The notes under the pieces are model-generated. The model was not told the origin of the DNA, searched no databases, and saw nothing but the letters and a program-made list of their open reading frames with translations. Positions 18,084 to 27,394 of a stretch of 64,000 nucleotides of DNA are shown here, in pieces. The stretch covers positions 480,001 to 544,000 of the forward strand of contig CAVPXI010000007.1 in NCBI GenBank assembly GCA_963709585.1, read 5' to 3'. The position numbers were made by a program, and so were the translations under genes. How positions within the stretch are numbered: the stretch's first letter is position 1; each line of letters begins with the position of its first letter. The stretch comes from Candidatus Dormiibacterota bacterium. GTDB taxonomy: Bacteria; Chloroflexota; Dormibacteria; Aeolococcales; Aeolococcaceae.

Positions 18084-19241
18084 ATGGTGCAGATGAAACG
18101 AGCCGTTCAAACCGCCCGCGCCGTGATCGGGTCGCCGTGGACCCGGGTCAGCGGAACGGTCGTCGGGCTCGCCATCCTCGCCCACTCGATCAATGTGCCT
18201 CAGGCGGTCGCGAGCCTCGGGCACGCCGACCCGCTCTGGATCGCGGCCGCGCTCGGTCTCACCATGCTCGCGGTCGCCGCCAGCGTCGTCGAATGGGGGG
18301 TGCTCTTGCGCACCGCCAGCGCGCCCGCCGGCGCCGGACCCGGAGGGCTGCTCAGCTGGCGCCGCCTGAGCTCCACGTATCTGCAGGGTGTCTTCTTCAC
18401 CCAGATGCTTCCCGCCGGGGTCGGCGGTGATGCGATGCGCACCGTCGAGATGGGTCGTCAGATCGGCCACGGACGCGTGCTCGCCTCACTCGCCGGCAGC
18501 CGCCTCGCGGGCATGCTCGGCATGACCTGCTGGGGGATCGCCGCGGCCATCCTCCTCCGCGCGCTCCTCGGGACCGGGATGGTGATCGTGATCGCCGCCC
18601 TTGCCGTGGCGGTGGTGATCATCTGGCTCGTGGCGCTCAGCGCCGACCGCCTGATGCCGCACCGTTTGCTCGCCCGGCTCTCGGGCGCGATGAGCCGCGG
18701 CGTCAGTTCGTTCGGCGAGGCGTTCGCCGGCTACCGGAACCACCCCCACGCGGTCGTGCAGTCGCTCCTGGTCGGCGCCGCCGGCTGGGGATTCAACCTC
18801 CTCGCCCTCAGCGTCGCCGCTCGCGCCATCGGCGTGAATCTCAGCTGGACGGTGCTGGCGGTCTGCATCCCGATCACGCTCCTGGTCGCGCTCGCGCCCT
18901 TCAGCATCAACGGTCTCGGACTCCGCGAAGGTGTCCTGGTCGCGTTGCTGTCGCACAGCGGGGTGTCGGTCGCGCATGCGGGCGCGATCTCCGTCCTCAT
19001 CGACCTCCAGATGATCCCCTTTGCCGTTCTGGGCGCGGTGCTCTGGTCGCGCCACCGGCGCAGCACCCGCTCCCCGATCGAGCTCGCGGTGGTGATCGCC
19101 GCCGCCGATGACGCCGCACTCGCGGGATTGGCGCCTGGTGCGCATAGACTTCAGCGGCGTGACCCGGCAGTTCAGCGACTTTCTGGCGGCCCACGCGGCG
19201 CGGATCGCCGATCTGTGGGCGAGGCAGACCTCGCCGGCTGA
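18084..19241 (+). CDS. Lysylphosphatidylglycerol-synthase TM (flippase-like, UPF0104) protein; 3' end uncertain
   Basis: LPAGVGGDAMR and PFSINGLGLRE motifs, multiple TM helices; the tail overlaps the kinase gene. Confidence 0.8.
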   Translation: MVQMKRAVQTARAVIGSPWTRVSGTVVGLAILAHSINVPQAVASLGHADPLWIAAALGLTMLAVAASVVEWGVLLRTASAPAGAGPGGLLSWRRLSSTYLQGVFFTQMLPAGVGGDAMRTVEMGRQIGHGRVLASLAGSRLAGMLGMTCWGIAAAILLRALLGTGMVIVIAALAVAVVIIWLVALSADRLMPHRLLARLSGAMSRGVSSFGEAFAGYRNHPHAVVQSLLVGAAGWGFNLLALSVAARAIGVNLSWTVLAVCIPITLLVALAPFSINGLGLREGVLVALLSHSGVSVAHAGAISVLIDLQMIPFAVLGAVLWSRHRRSTRSPIELAVVIAAADDAALAGLAPGAHRLQRRDPAVQRLSGGPRGADRRSVGEADLAG

Positions 19242-20274
19242 CGCCGGTGAACCCAAGGACCCCGTTCGGGGACCACGCCAGTTCGTCAACGCGGTGCTGG
19301 TGGCGCTGAGCGCTGACGACTTCCGCCCGCTGATCGCCTACCACCACCTCGATGCGGGCACCAGCGTCGAGCGCCGGCTGGAGAAGGCGCTCGCCAACCT
19401 CACCGCGCTCCGCCAGGTGACCGCCGAGGCGGTCCGCGAGGAGCGGCTCGACGCCGAGGAGACCCTGGCGCTTTCGCTCACCACCGCCGACGACATCGAA
19501 GCCGTCGCCCAGCGCCTCGCCGCCTCGTGTGTCGCCACCCTCGAGGATCGCCTCTCGAGCGCCACCTCGGAGTCGTCGGCGCGCGGGACGTCGCTGTCGA
19601 TCACCATGCACGAGCTTCGCCGACCGCTCACGATTCTCAACAGCTACGGGCAACTGCTCAGCGCCGGGATGCTCGGCACCCTCCCCGGACAGCCATGGTG
19701 GCCATCGAGGGGATCACCGCAAGCACCGAGATGATGGTCCGCATGGTCAATGCGCTCGCCGAGCTGGCTCGAACTCGAGGATCCCGACGACCGCCTCGCG
19801 CTCGAGGTCATCGATGCCGAGGAGGTGGTCGGCGAGGCCATCGAGCACGTCGCGATGGAGGCGAAGCTGCGTAAGTCGACGATCACGAGCGAGAGCGAGC
19901 ACGGGCTGACCATGAAGGGCGATCGCCGCCGCCTCATCCTCGCGATGACCAATCTGCTCGGCAACGCCGTCAAGCACGGGCCGATGGGATCCCCGATCGA
20001 GGTGCTGGCTGCGCGCGACGGCGATTCGGTGCGCTTCACCGTGCGCGACCATGGCATGGGGTTCCCGATCGCGGACACGGGCCACCTCTTCGACAAGTAC
20101 TTCCGATCGGTCGCCGAGCGGCAGCGCAAGGTGCCCGGTAGCGGCCTCGGCCTGTACATCGTGCGCACGGTCGCCGAGCGGCATGGCGGAACCGTGGCGG
20201 CTCGGAGCGTCCCCGGGAGCGGCGCCGAGTTCGACATGACGATCCCGCTGCATCGTGAAGAGGCCATCGGATGA
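19159..20274 (+). CDS. Sensor histidine kinase (HisKA + HATPase); two compensating apparent frameshifts
   Basis: HELRRPLT, NLLGNAVK, DHGMG, FDKYFR, GSGLGL; frame changes at ~19686 and 19771-19776. Confidence 0.85.
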
Positions 20275-21692
20275 CCACCCGGGCGACCAGGACCGAAAAT
20301 GACTCGATGGGCGAGTTCGAGGTGCCGGCAGACGCCTACTACGGCGCCAACACGATGCGCGCGAAGGTCAACTTCCCGATCAGCGACCTTCGTCTCCCGC
20401 GCGGCTTCATCCGCGCCCTCGGCCTGATCAAGCAGCAGTCCGCGCTCGTCAATCGCGAGCTCGGCTTGCTCGACGAGGCAACCGCCGGGGCGATCATCCG
20501 CGCCGCTCAGGACGTCGTCGACGGCGCTCTCGACGCGGAGTTCATCGTCGACGTCTTTCAGACGGGCAGCGGCACCTCGACCAACATGAACGCCAACGAG
20601 GTCATCGCCAACCGGGCGATCGAACTGCTCGGCGGGGTGCGCGGATCACGCGCCCCGGTGCACCCCAACGACCACGTCAACCTCGGCCAGTCGAGCAACG
20701 ACGTGATCCCGACGGCCATCCAGGTCGCCGCCGCGGTCTCGATCCGCGAGGACACCATCCCCGGCCTGCGCACTCTCGAAGCGTCGCTGCGGCGCAAGTC
20801 GGACGAGCTGTGGCCGGTCATCAAGACCGGCCGCACCCATCTGCAGGACGCGACCCCGATCAGGCTCGGGCAGGAGTTCCTCGGTTATGCGGGCCAGGCG
20901 GAGCGCGCCATCCTCCGCTGCGAGGAGGCGATCGCGACACTCGTCGAGCTGCCGCTCGGGGGGACGGCGGTCGGGACCGGCGTCGGAACCCACCCGGACT
21001 TCCCACCCAAGGTGATCGCGCTGCTCGCTGCCGATCTGGGCATCCCCTTCCGGGAATCCGACAACCACTTCAGCGGACAGTCGACGCTCGACGCCGCCGT
21101 CGCCGCCAGCGGCGCGCTCCGCGCCGTGGCGGTCACGATGTACAAGATCGCTGCCGACATCCGATTGCTCGGCTGCGGGCCGCGCGCGGGCATCGGGGAG
21201 ATTGCGATCCCCGCGGTGCAGCCGGGCTCCTCGATCATGCCGGGCAAGGTGAATCCGGTCATCTGCGAGTCGGTGACGATGGTCGCCGCGCAGGTGATCG
21301 GCAACGACGCGACGGTCGCCTTCTGCGGCGCCGCCGGGTCGCTGCTCGAGCTCAACGTGATGATGCCGGTCGCCGCCTACGACCTCCTGCAGTCGGCGTC
21401 GCTGCTGGCCGCGTCAGCTCGCAACCTCGCGACCCAGTGCGTCGACGGCATCACCGCCACCGAGAACGGCCCGGCGATGGTCGAGCGGGGGCTCATGCTC
21501 TCGACCGCGCTCGCCCCGAGGATCGGGTACGACGCGGCGGCGGCGATCGCCAAGGAGGCCTACAACACTGGGCGGACGGTGCGCGAGGTCGCCCGTGAGC
21601 GCAGCGGCCTCGACGAGGCCGAGTTGACCCGGCTGCTCGATGCCGAGGCGATGACCCGCCCCGGACGCGACGCCGGGCCGGCCGGAGGCTGA
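20271..21692 (+). CDS. fumC: Class II fumarate hydratase
   Basis: QTGSGTSTNMN, GRTHLQDA, GSSIMPGKVNP. Confidence 0.95.
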   Translation: MTTRATRTENDSMGEFEVPADAYYGANTMRAKVNFPISDLRLPRGFIRALGLIKQQSALVNRELGLLDEATAGAIIRAAQDVVDGALDAEFIVDVFQTGSGTSTNMNANEVIANRAIELLGGVRGSRAPVHPNDHVNLGQSSNDVIPTAIQVAAAVSIREDTIPGLRTLEASLRRKSDELWPVIKTGRTHLQDATPIRLGQEFLGYAGQAERAILRCEEAIATLVELPLGGTAVGTGVGTHPDFPPKVIALLAADLGIPFRESDNHFSGQSTLDAAVAASGALRAVAVTMYKIAADIRLLGCGPRAGIGEIAIPAVQPGSSIMPGKVNPVICESVTMVAAQVIGNDATVAFCGAAGSLLELNVMMPVAAYDLLQSASLLAASARNLATQCVDGITATENGPAMVERGLMLSTALAPRIGYDAAAAIAKEAYNTGRTVREVARERSGLDEAELTRLLDAEAMTRPGRDAGPAGG

Positions 21693-21693
21693 G

Positions 21694-22557
21694 TTGGGTG
21701 CGGGGCCGACCATCGCGGTGGTGGGTGCGGGCGCGATGGGCGGTCAGATCGCCTATCAGGCTGCGCTCCACGGCTACGACGTGCGCCTGGTCAGCCGCAG
21801 CGAGGACCGGCTCCGCGACGCCAGCACGGCGTCGTCGGCGCTGCTCCGCCGGCGGGTCGAGAAGGGAACGCTCGACAGTGACGCTTGCGAAGCGGCCCTC
21901 GCGCGGGTGAGCCTGGGCTCCGGGTTCGAGGCGGTCGCCGGGGCGGAGACGATCATCGAGTCGGTCGCCGAGGACCGTGACATCAAGTGCGCGGTGTACG
22001 GGCGGATCTGCGCGCACGCTGATGATACTGCCATCATCGGCACAAACTCATCGACCCTGCCGTGCTCGCTGCTCGAGGTCGCGGTGACGCACCCGGAGCG
22101 CTTTCTCAACATCCACTTCTTCAACCCGGCGCTGCTCATGGCGCTGGTGGAGGTGGTGCCCGGACCACGCACCGCGGAGACCACGATCGTCCGCGCCATG
22201 GACTTCGCCCGCGCGATCGGCAAGACGCCGGTGCGGCTCGCCCGCGAGGAGTACGGCTTCATCGCCAACCGCATCCTCTTCATCGCCATCCAGGAGGCGA
22301 TGCGTCTCGTGGAGGCAGGCTATACCTCCGTCGAGGACTGCGATCTCGCGGTGCGCAAGGCGTTGGGCTGGCCGATGGGGCCGTTCCAGCTCTCCGATCT
22401 CGTCGGGCTCGACGTGGTCGAGGCGATCCTCGACGAGGGCCTTCGCCAGACCGGTGATCGGCGCTGGGAGCCCGTCGAGCTCCTCCGCGACCTGGTCGCG
22501 CGCGGGAAGCTCGGCAACAAGACGGGCGAGAGGTTCTTCACCACCGGGTCGGTGTGA
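21694..22557 (+). CDS. 3-hydroxyacyl-CoA dehydrogenase family protein
   Basis: GAGAMG, TNSSTL, HFFNP, GFIANR, PMGPF..D.VGLD. Confidence 0.92.
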   Translation: MGAGPTIAVVGAGAMGGQIAYQAALHGYDVRLVSRSEDRLRDASTASSALLRRRVEKGTLDSDACEAALARVSLGSGFEAVAGAETIIESVAEDRDIKCAVYGRICAHADDTAIIGTNSSTLPCSLLEVAVTHPERFLNIHFFNPALLMALVEVVPGPRTAETTIVRAMDFARAIGKTPVRLAREEYGFIANRILFIAIQEAMRLVEAGYTSVEDCDLAVRKALGWPMGPFQLSDLVGLDVVEAILDEGLRQTGDRRWEPVELLRDLVARGKLGNKTGERFFTTGSV

Positions 22558-22558
22558 T

Positions 22559-23419
22559 TCAGACCAGGCCGAGGGATTCCAGCACGTCGGCGACGCCTCC
22601 ATCCTGTGGTGGCGAACACGTTGCATCCGCCGCCGCTAGCACCTCGGGGCGGGACGTCGCGACCGCGACCGCATATCCCGCAGCGGTCAGCAGCTCGATG
22701 TCGTTGGGAGCGTCGCCGATCGCCAGCAACTCGGCAAGCGAAGAGCCAAGTCGCGCGCAGACGATCTCGCAGGCCACGGCCTTGCTCACCTCGGGGTCGA
22801 TGATCTCGACGAACTCGGGATTGGAGCGCGTGACCCGTGCGCTTCCGGCGAGCTCGTGGGTCAACAGCGCGGACGCGCGGTCCACCTCGGCGGGATCTTC
22901 GATGACGCACGCCGCCTTGGTCGTACCCCGCACCAGCAGCGGTTCGAGGTCCGGGACGAGACGGAACTGCACGCCACTGATCTGCGCGTACAGATGCGCC
23001 TCGGGGCGATCCTGCTCGCAGAGCAACTCGTCGTCCTGGTACGCCTGGAAGTGCCAGTTCTGCGCGCGAGCGATGTGCAGCGCGCGTCGCGCCGGCTCCG
23101 CGCGGAGCGGCTGCTCGAAGATCGTGCTCCCAGGCGAGCCGTCCTGCCGAGGAGTCTCGCGGACCATCGCGCCCTGGTAACAGACCAGCGGCTCGGACAC
23201 GCCAAGCTCGCTGGCCCACGGCAGCGCCGACCGGTACATACGTCCGGTGGCGACGATCACCGGCATCCGCGTCGCCATCGCTCGCACGGCGGCCCTGATC
23301 CGCGGGTGCAGTCGCTGGGCGTAGTCGATGGTGGTCCCGTCGAGGTCGAGGACCACGACGCGGGGGACGAACGCCGCGGTCAGCGGCGGCGAGTCGCCGA
23401 TGTCGGTGATCGGACTCAC
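22559..23419 (-). CDS. Cof-type HAD-IIB hydrolase
   Basis: DLDGT, ATGR, SKA, GDAPND. Confidence 0.92.
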   Translation of the reverse strand: MSPITDIGDSPPLTAAFVPRVVVLDLDGTTIDYAQRLHPRIRAAVRAMATRMPVIVATGRMYRSALPWASELGVSEPLVCYQGAMVRETPRQDGSPGSTIFEQPLRAEPARRALHIARAQNWHFQAYQDDELLCEQDRPEAHLYAQISGVQFRLVPDLEPLLVRGTTKAACVIEDPAEVDRASALLTHELAGSARVTRSNPEFVEIIDPEVSKAVACEIVCARLGSSLAELLAIGDAPNDIELLTAAGYAVAVATSRPEVLAAADATCSPPQDGGVADVLESLGLV

Positions 23420-23507
23420 CCGACCCCGAGCGTGCTGACGCGATTCAACGGCATCACGGCGATCTTACGCAGGCGTGAACGCGCCAATCCAGGGTAGACG
23501 GACCGCG

Positions 23508-24833
23508 ATGGCGCGGTCGTCTGACATCACGCGGGCGCTACAAAGGCGTGAACGCGCCGATCCGGGGTATGCTCACGTTGTCTTGCGTTCGTCTTCTCGC
23601 GCGCGGTTTGGTAGACCGCTCGCCGCAAGGCCCCGTCCCGCCGCTCCGGCGGCGGTCGATGTGGCCTTGAGTCCAATCATCCCCGAACCGGTCAGCTTCG
23701 ACGAGCTTGCCCTGAGCGTCGCCATGCAGAACACGGTGGCGGAGCTCGGGTACACGATGGCCACACCGATCCAGGCCGGCTCGCTGCCCTTCGCGATGGC
23801 GGGGCGGGATGTCATCGGGCAGGCGCAGACTGGGAGCGGCAAGACCGCCGCCTTCGGCATTCCGATCATCGAGCGGCTCGACCCGCGCGACGGTCCCGTG
23901 CAGGCGCTGGTCCTCTGCCCGACGCGCGAGCTTGCGGTGCAGGTGCACGACGAGCTGACCCGGCTCGGAAAGCGCCATGAGCTGCGCAGCGTCGCGATCT
24001 ACGGCGGCAACTCGATCGGACGCCAGATCGAGGAGTTGCGCCAGGGCGCGCACATCGTCGTGGCGACCCCGGGTCGGCTCGGCGACCACATCCAGCGCCG
24101 GTCGCTCACGCTCGCGAACGTCCGCGTCTGCGTGCTCGACGAAGCCGATCGCATGCTCGACATGGGATTTGCGCCCGACGTCGAACGGATCCTCCGTCAG
24201 TGCCCGCCGCAGCGTCAGACCCTGCTCTTCAGCGCCACCATGCCGGAGTGGGTGCGCAGGCTGGCCCTGCGTCACATGCACGATCCCGAGACCGTGGAGA
24301 TCACCGCCAGGCCGGAGATCCCTGCCGAGGTCCGTCAGCTCTACGTGCAGACGACCTGGGCGAACAAGACCGATGCGCTGGCGCAGATCCTCGACCAGCC
24401 CGACGTGGTCATGGCGCTCATCTTCGTCGAGACCAAGCGAACCGCCGATGTGCTCCAGGCTCAGCTCGGCGGACGCGGCTACCAGGTCGGCCTGCTCCAC
24501 GGCGATCTCACCCAGCGCGAGCGGGATCGCGCCATGCAGCAGTTCCGTGCCACCCACATCAAGTACCTGATCGCGACCAATGTCGCGGCGCGCGGCCTGG
24601 ACATCGACGACATCTCGCACGTCATCAACTACGACGTGCCGCTCACCCCGGACGAGTACCTGCATCGCGTGGGCAGGACCGGACGCGCCGGTCGTGCCGG
24701 AGTCGCAGTCACGTTGATCACCCCCAGCGAGATCCTCAAGCTGCGCGACGTCGAGAAGCACGCGCGCACGCACATCGAGCCCGCGACACTCGACGAGGAT
24801 TTCCCCGCGATCGTGGTCGGCGCCGAGGCCTGA
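23508..24833 (+). CDS. DEAD-box RNA helicase
   Basis: Q motif, AQTGSGKT, PTRELA, DEAD, SAT, ARGLD, HRVGRTGR; start uncertain. Confidence 0.95.
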   Translation: MARSSDITRALQRRERADPGYAHVVLRSSSRARFGRPLAARPRPAAPAAVDVALSPIIPEPVSFDELALSVAMQNTVAELGYTMATPIQAGSLPFAMAGRDVIGQAQTGSGKTAAFGIPIIERLDPRDGPVQALVLCPTRELAVQVHDELTRLGKRHELRSVAIYGGNSIGRQIEELRQGAHIVVATPGRLGDHIQRRSLTLANVRVCVLDEADRMLDMGFAPDVERILRQCPPQRQTLLFSATMPEWVRRLALRHMHDPETVEITARPEIPAEVRQLYVQTTWANKTDALAQILDQPDVVMALIFVETKRTADVLQAQLGGRGYQVGLLHGDLTQRERDRAMQQFRATHIKYLIATNVAARGLDIDDISHVINYDVPLTPDEYLHRVGRTGRAGRAGVAVTLITPSEILKLRDVEKHARTHIEPATLDEDFPAIVVGAEA

Positions 24834-24849
24834 GCCAGCGCGGACAGTG

Positions 24850-25629
24850 ATGCTGCCGGCCATCCACGACACGGGAACTGGCGAAGCGGTGCTGTTCCTG
24901 CATGCGTTCACCCTGGACGCCTCGCAATGGGATCACCAGGTCGCCGCGCTCTCGGGCGACATGCGCTGCGTTCGTGTCGACTTCTGGGGCTGCGGGACAT
25001 CGCCGCCACCTCCCGCGGGTGAGCCGAGCCTCGAGGGCTTCGCCACGTCGGTGATCGCCGTCCTCGATGCGCGACACATCGACCGCGTCGCCCTGGTCGG
25101 ACTCTCGATGGGAGGCTACCTCGCGTTCGCTCTCTGGCGGCTGGCGCCGGAACGGATTCGCGCGCTCGTGCTCTGCAACACGCGGGCGACCGCGGACGCC
25201 GACGGGCCGCGCACCGACCGCCTGGTGATGGCCGAACGCGTGGAGCGCGAGCGCTCAGTGGAGTCGATCGTCGAGCCGATGGTCGCGCGCATGCTGAGTC
25301 CCGGCGCCCAGGCTGAGGCGCATATCGTCGACCCGGTGCGCGGACGGATCCGCCGCTGCACACCCGCAGGGATTGCCTTCGCGCAGCGCGCGATGGCGGC
25401 GCGACCGGACAGCACCGGACTGCTCGCGTCCATCGCCGTGCCGGCCCTGGTCATCGCCGGAACCCAGGATGCCATCGTCTCCACCCCGGAAGTTCGTGCC
25501 ATAAGCGGCGGCATCCCGGGGGCACGGTATGTCGAGCTCGACTGCGGGCATCTCAGCAACCTCGAGCGCCCGGTCGCTTTCAACCGGCACCTCACGGAGT
25601 TCCTGGATCCGGCGAGAATGGCGTCATGA
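24850..25629 (+). CDS. Alpha/beta hydrolase
   Basis: GLSMGG nucleophile elbow, GTQD, GHLSNLE. Confidence 0.9.
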   Translation: MLPAIHDTGTGEAVLFLHAFTLDASQWDHQVAALSGDMRCVRVDFWGCGTSPPPPAGEPSLEGFATSVIAVLDARHIDRVALVGLSMGGYLAFALWRLAPERIRALVLCNTRATADADGPRTDRLVMAERVERERSVESIVEPMVARMLSPGAQAEAHIVDPVRGRIRRCTPAGIAFAQRAMAARPDSTGLLASIAVPALVIAGTQDAIVSTPEVRAISGGIPGARYVELDCGHLSNLERPVAFNRHLTEFLDPARMAS

Positions 25630-25820
25630 GCCAGCTTCCCAAGGACCTGCTCGATATCCTGGCCTGCCCGCGCTGCCGCGGACCGCTCGCGGTCGAGACG
25701 GCGTCGCTGCGTTGCGACGCGTGCCGGCTGCGCTACCGCGTCGACAACGGCATCCCGGTGATGTTGATCCACGAAGCCGAACACTTCGGCCCCGACGTCG
25801 AGGCTCCGGGCGTCAGCTGA
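25626..25820 (+). CDS. Trm112 family protein
   Basis: LLDILACPRCRGPL...C..C...Y.V.NGIPVML. Confidence 0.9.
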   Translation: MSQLPKDLLDILACPRCRGPLAVETASLRCDACRLRYRVDNGIPVMLIHEAEHFGPDVEAPGVS

Positions 25821-25826
25821 GTCGCG

Positions 25827-27017
25827 TCAGGCGAGAACGCCGACCGCCTCGGTGGCGACCGAGGCGGGGGCGGCACAGAAACCCTCGTAGTCGATGGGCT
25901 CGGTGATGGTGGGATTCTCGCCGCACACCGGGCACTGCGGATCGCGCGGCACCCGGAACTCGCGGAATTTCATCGCCAGAGCATCGAGGTGCAGGAGCCG
26001 CCCGGTGAGCAGGTCACCGGCGCCGGTGATCAGCTTGATGACCTCGGTCGCCTGGAGCACCCCGACGATCCCGGGGAGCACGCCCAGCACGCCCGCCTCG
26101 GCGCACGACGGAGCTTCCTCGGGTGGAGGCGGGGAGGGGTACCGGCAGCGGTAGCAGGGCGACTGGAACGGCACCACCGTGGTGACCTGCCCCTCGAAGC
26201 GGAAGATTCCGCCGTCGACCATCGGCTTTTTGGCAAAGATGGCCACATCATTCGCGAGGTACCGGGTCGGGAAGTTGTCGCAGCCGTTGACGATGATGTC
26301 GTACTGGTCGAAGATCTCGCGCGCATTCTCACCGCTGAGCACAACGTTGTGCTCGACGACCCGGACGTCGCTGTTGAGCGCGTTGAGCGCGATCCGAGCC
26401 GACGCGGTCTTGAGCATCCCGATGCGATCCTCGGTGTGCAGGATCTGGCGCTGCAGGTTGCTCAGGTCGACGGTGTCGAAGTCGACGAAACCGATCGTGC
26501 CCACGCCCGCGGCCGCGAGGTAGAGGGCGGCCGGGCTCCCGAGCCCGCCGGCGCCGATGAGCAGCACCCGTGCGTCGAGGAGCTTGGCCTGCCCTTCGAC
26601 GCCGATCTCGGGAATGAGCAGGTGGCGGCTGTAGCGCTGCTGCTGCTGGGCGGTCAGGACACGGGGCACGATGAAGTCGAAACCGGCCTGCTTCCACGCG
26701 CCGTAGCCGCCCGCCATCGACTGGACGTCGGTGTATCCCAGCTCCTGGAGCGCCCGCGCGGCGAGTAGCGAACGAACCCCGCCGGCGCAGTAGAGCGTGA
26801 TCGGGGTGTCGTGCTTGGGGACTGTGTCCTCGATACGGGTTTCGATGAATCCCTTGCTCAGGTGCAGCGCACCCGGGATGTACCCTTCGTCGAACTCGTT
26901 TCGCTCGCGCACATCGATGAGGGTGCGCGATCCCCCCGCGGCGCGAACCTGTTGTGGGGAAACCTCCGGGACGGTGCTGCGTGCGTCGTCGAGGAGGTCG
27001 CGAGAAGACTTGCCCAT
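25827..27017 (-). CDS. moeB: Molybdopterin-synthase adenylyltransferase MoeB with N-terminal rhodanese domain
   Basis: Rhodanese CAGGVRS; RYSRH, GAGGLGSP, SNLQRQ, CYRC, CPVC. Confidence 0.92.
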   Translation of the reverse strand: MGKSSRDLLDDARSTVPEVSPQQVRAAGGSRTLIDVRERNEFDEGYIPGALHLSKGFIETRIEDTVPKHDTPITLYCAGGVRSLLAARALQELGYTDVQSMAGGYGAWKQAGFDFIVPRVLTAQQQQRYSRHLLIPEIGVEGQAKLLDARVLLIGAGGLGSPAALYLAAAGVGTIGFVDFDTVDLSNLQRQILHTEDRIGMLKTASARIALNALNSDVRVVEHNVVLSGENAREIFDQYDIIVNGCDNFPTRYLANDVAIFAKKPMVDGGIFRFEGQVTTVVPFQSPCYRCRYPSPPPPEEAPSCAEAGVLGVLPGIVGVLQATEVIKLITGAGDLLTGRLLHLDALAMKFREFRVPRDPQCPVCGENPTITEPIDYEGFCAAPASVATEAVGVLA

Positions 27018-27073
27018 GCAGCCAGTCTACCCAAAACCGATCGAAACCCGACCTAGCGAGTCCGGATTCGGAA

Positions 27074-27363
27074 TCAGGCCTTGGCGGGCCGCCGCCAGCC
27101 GGGCGCGTCCGCGGCCTCCCGACCGGGCGCTTCGCAGGCGCGGCGGTCGCCGCCTTCGGGGGTCTCCCGACCTTTCGCTTCGCCGGCGTGCTCGACGCGG
27201 CGGCGGGCGATGGGGCGGATGCCATGGCGGCGAGGATCGTCCGCTCTGTCTCCTCGAGCCGCTCCGCCAGTGCGAGGACGCGGCTTCGTGCCCCACGTGT
27301 CGCGGTCAGCGCGTCGACGAGCGATACCGTTGCGCCGCCACGCTTCTGCTTCTTTCCAGCCAT
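27074..27363 (-). CDS. Small basic protein with a coiled coil and two AT-hook motifs; 3' end inferred
   Basis: VLALAERLEETERTIL, KRKVGRPPK, KRPVGRPRTR. A natural end PAKA* at 27074 needs one extra base near 27088; as sequenced the frame runs on into moeB. Confidence 0.6.
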
Positions 27364-27394
27364 GATCGAAGCGACCCTACCATAGACTGCGACG

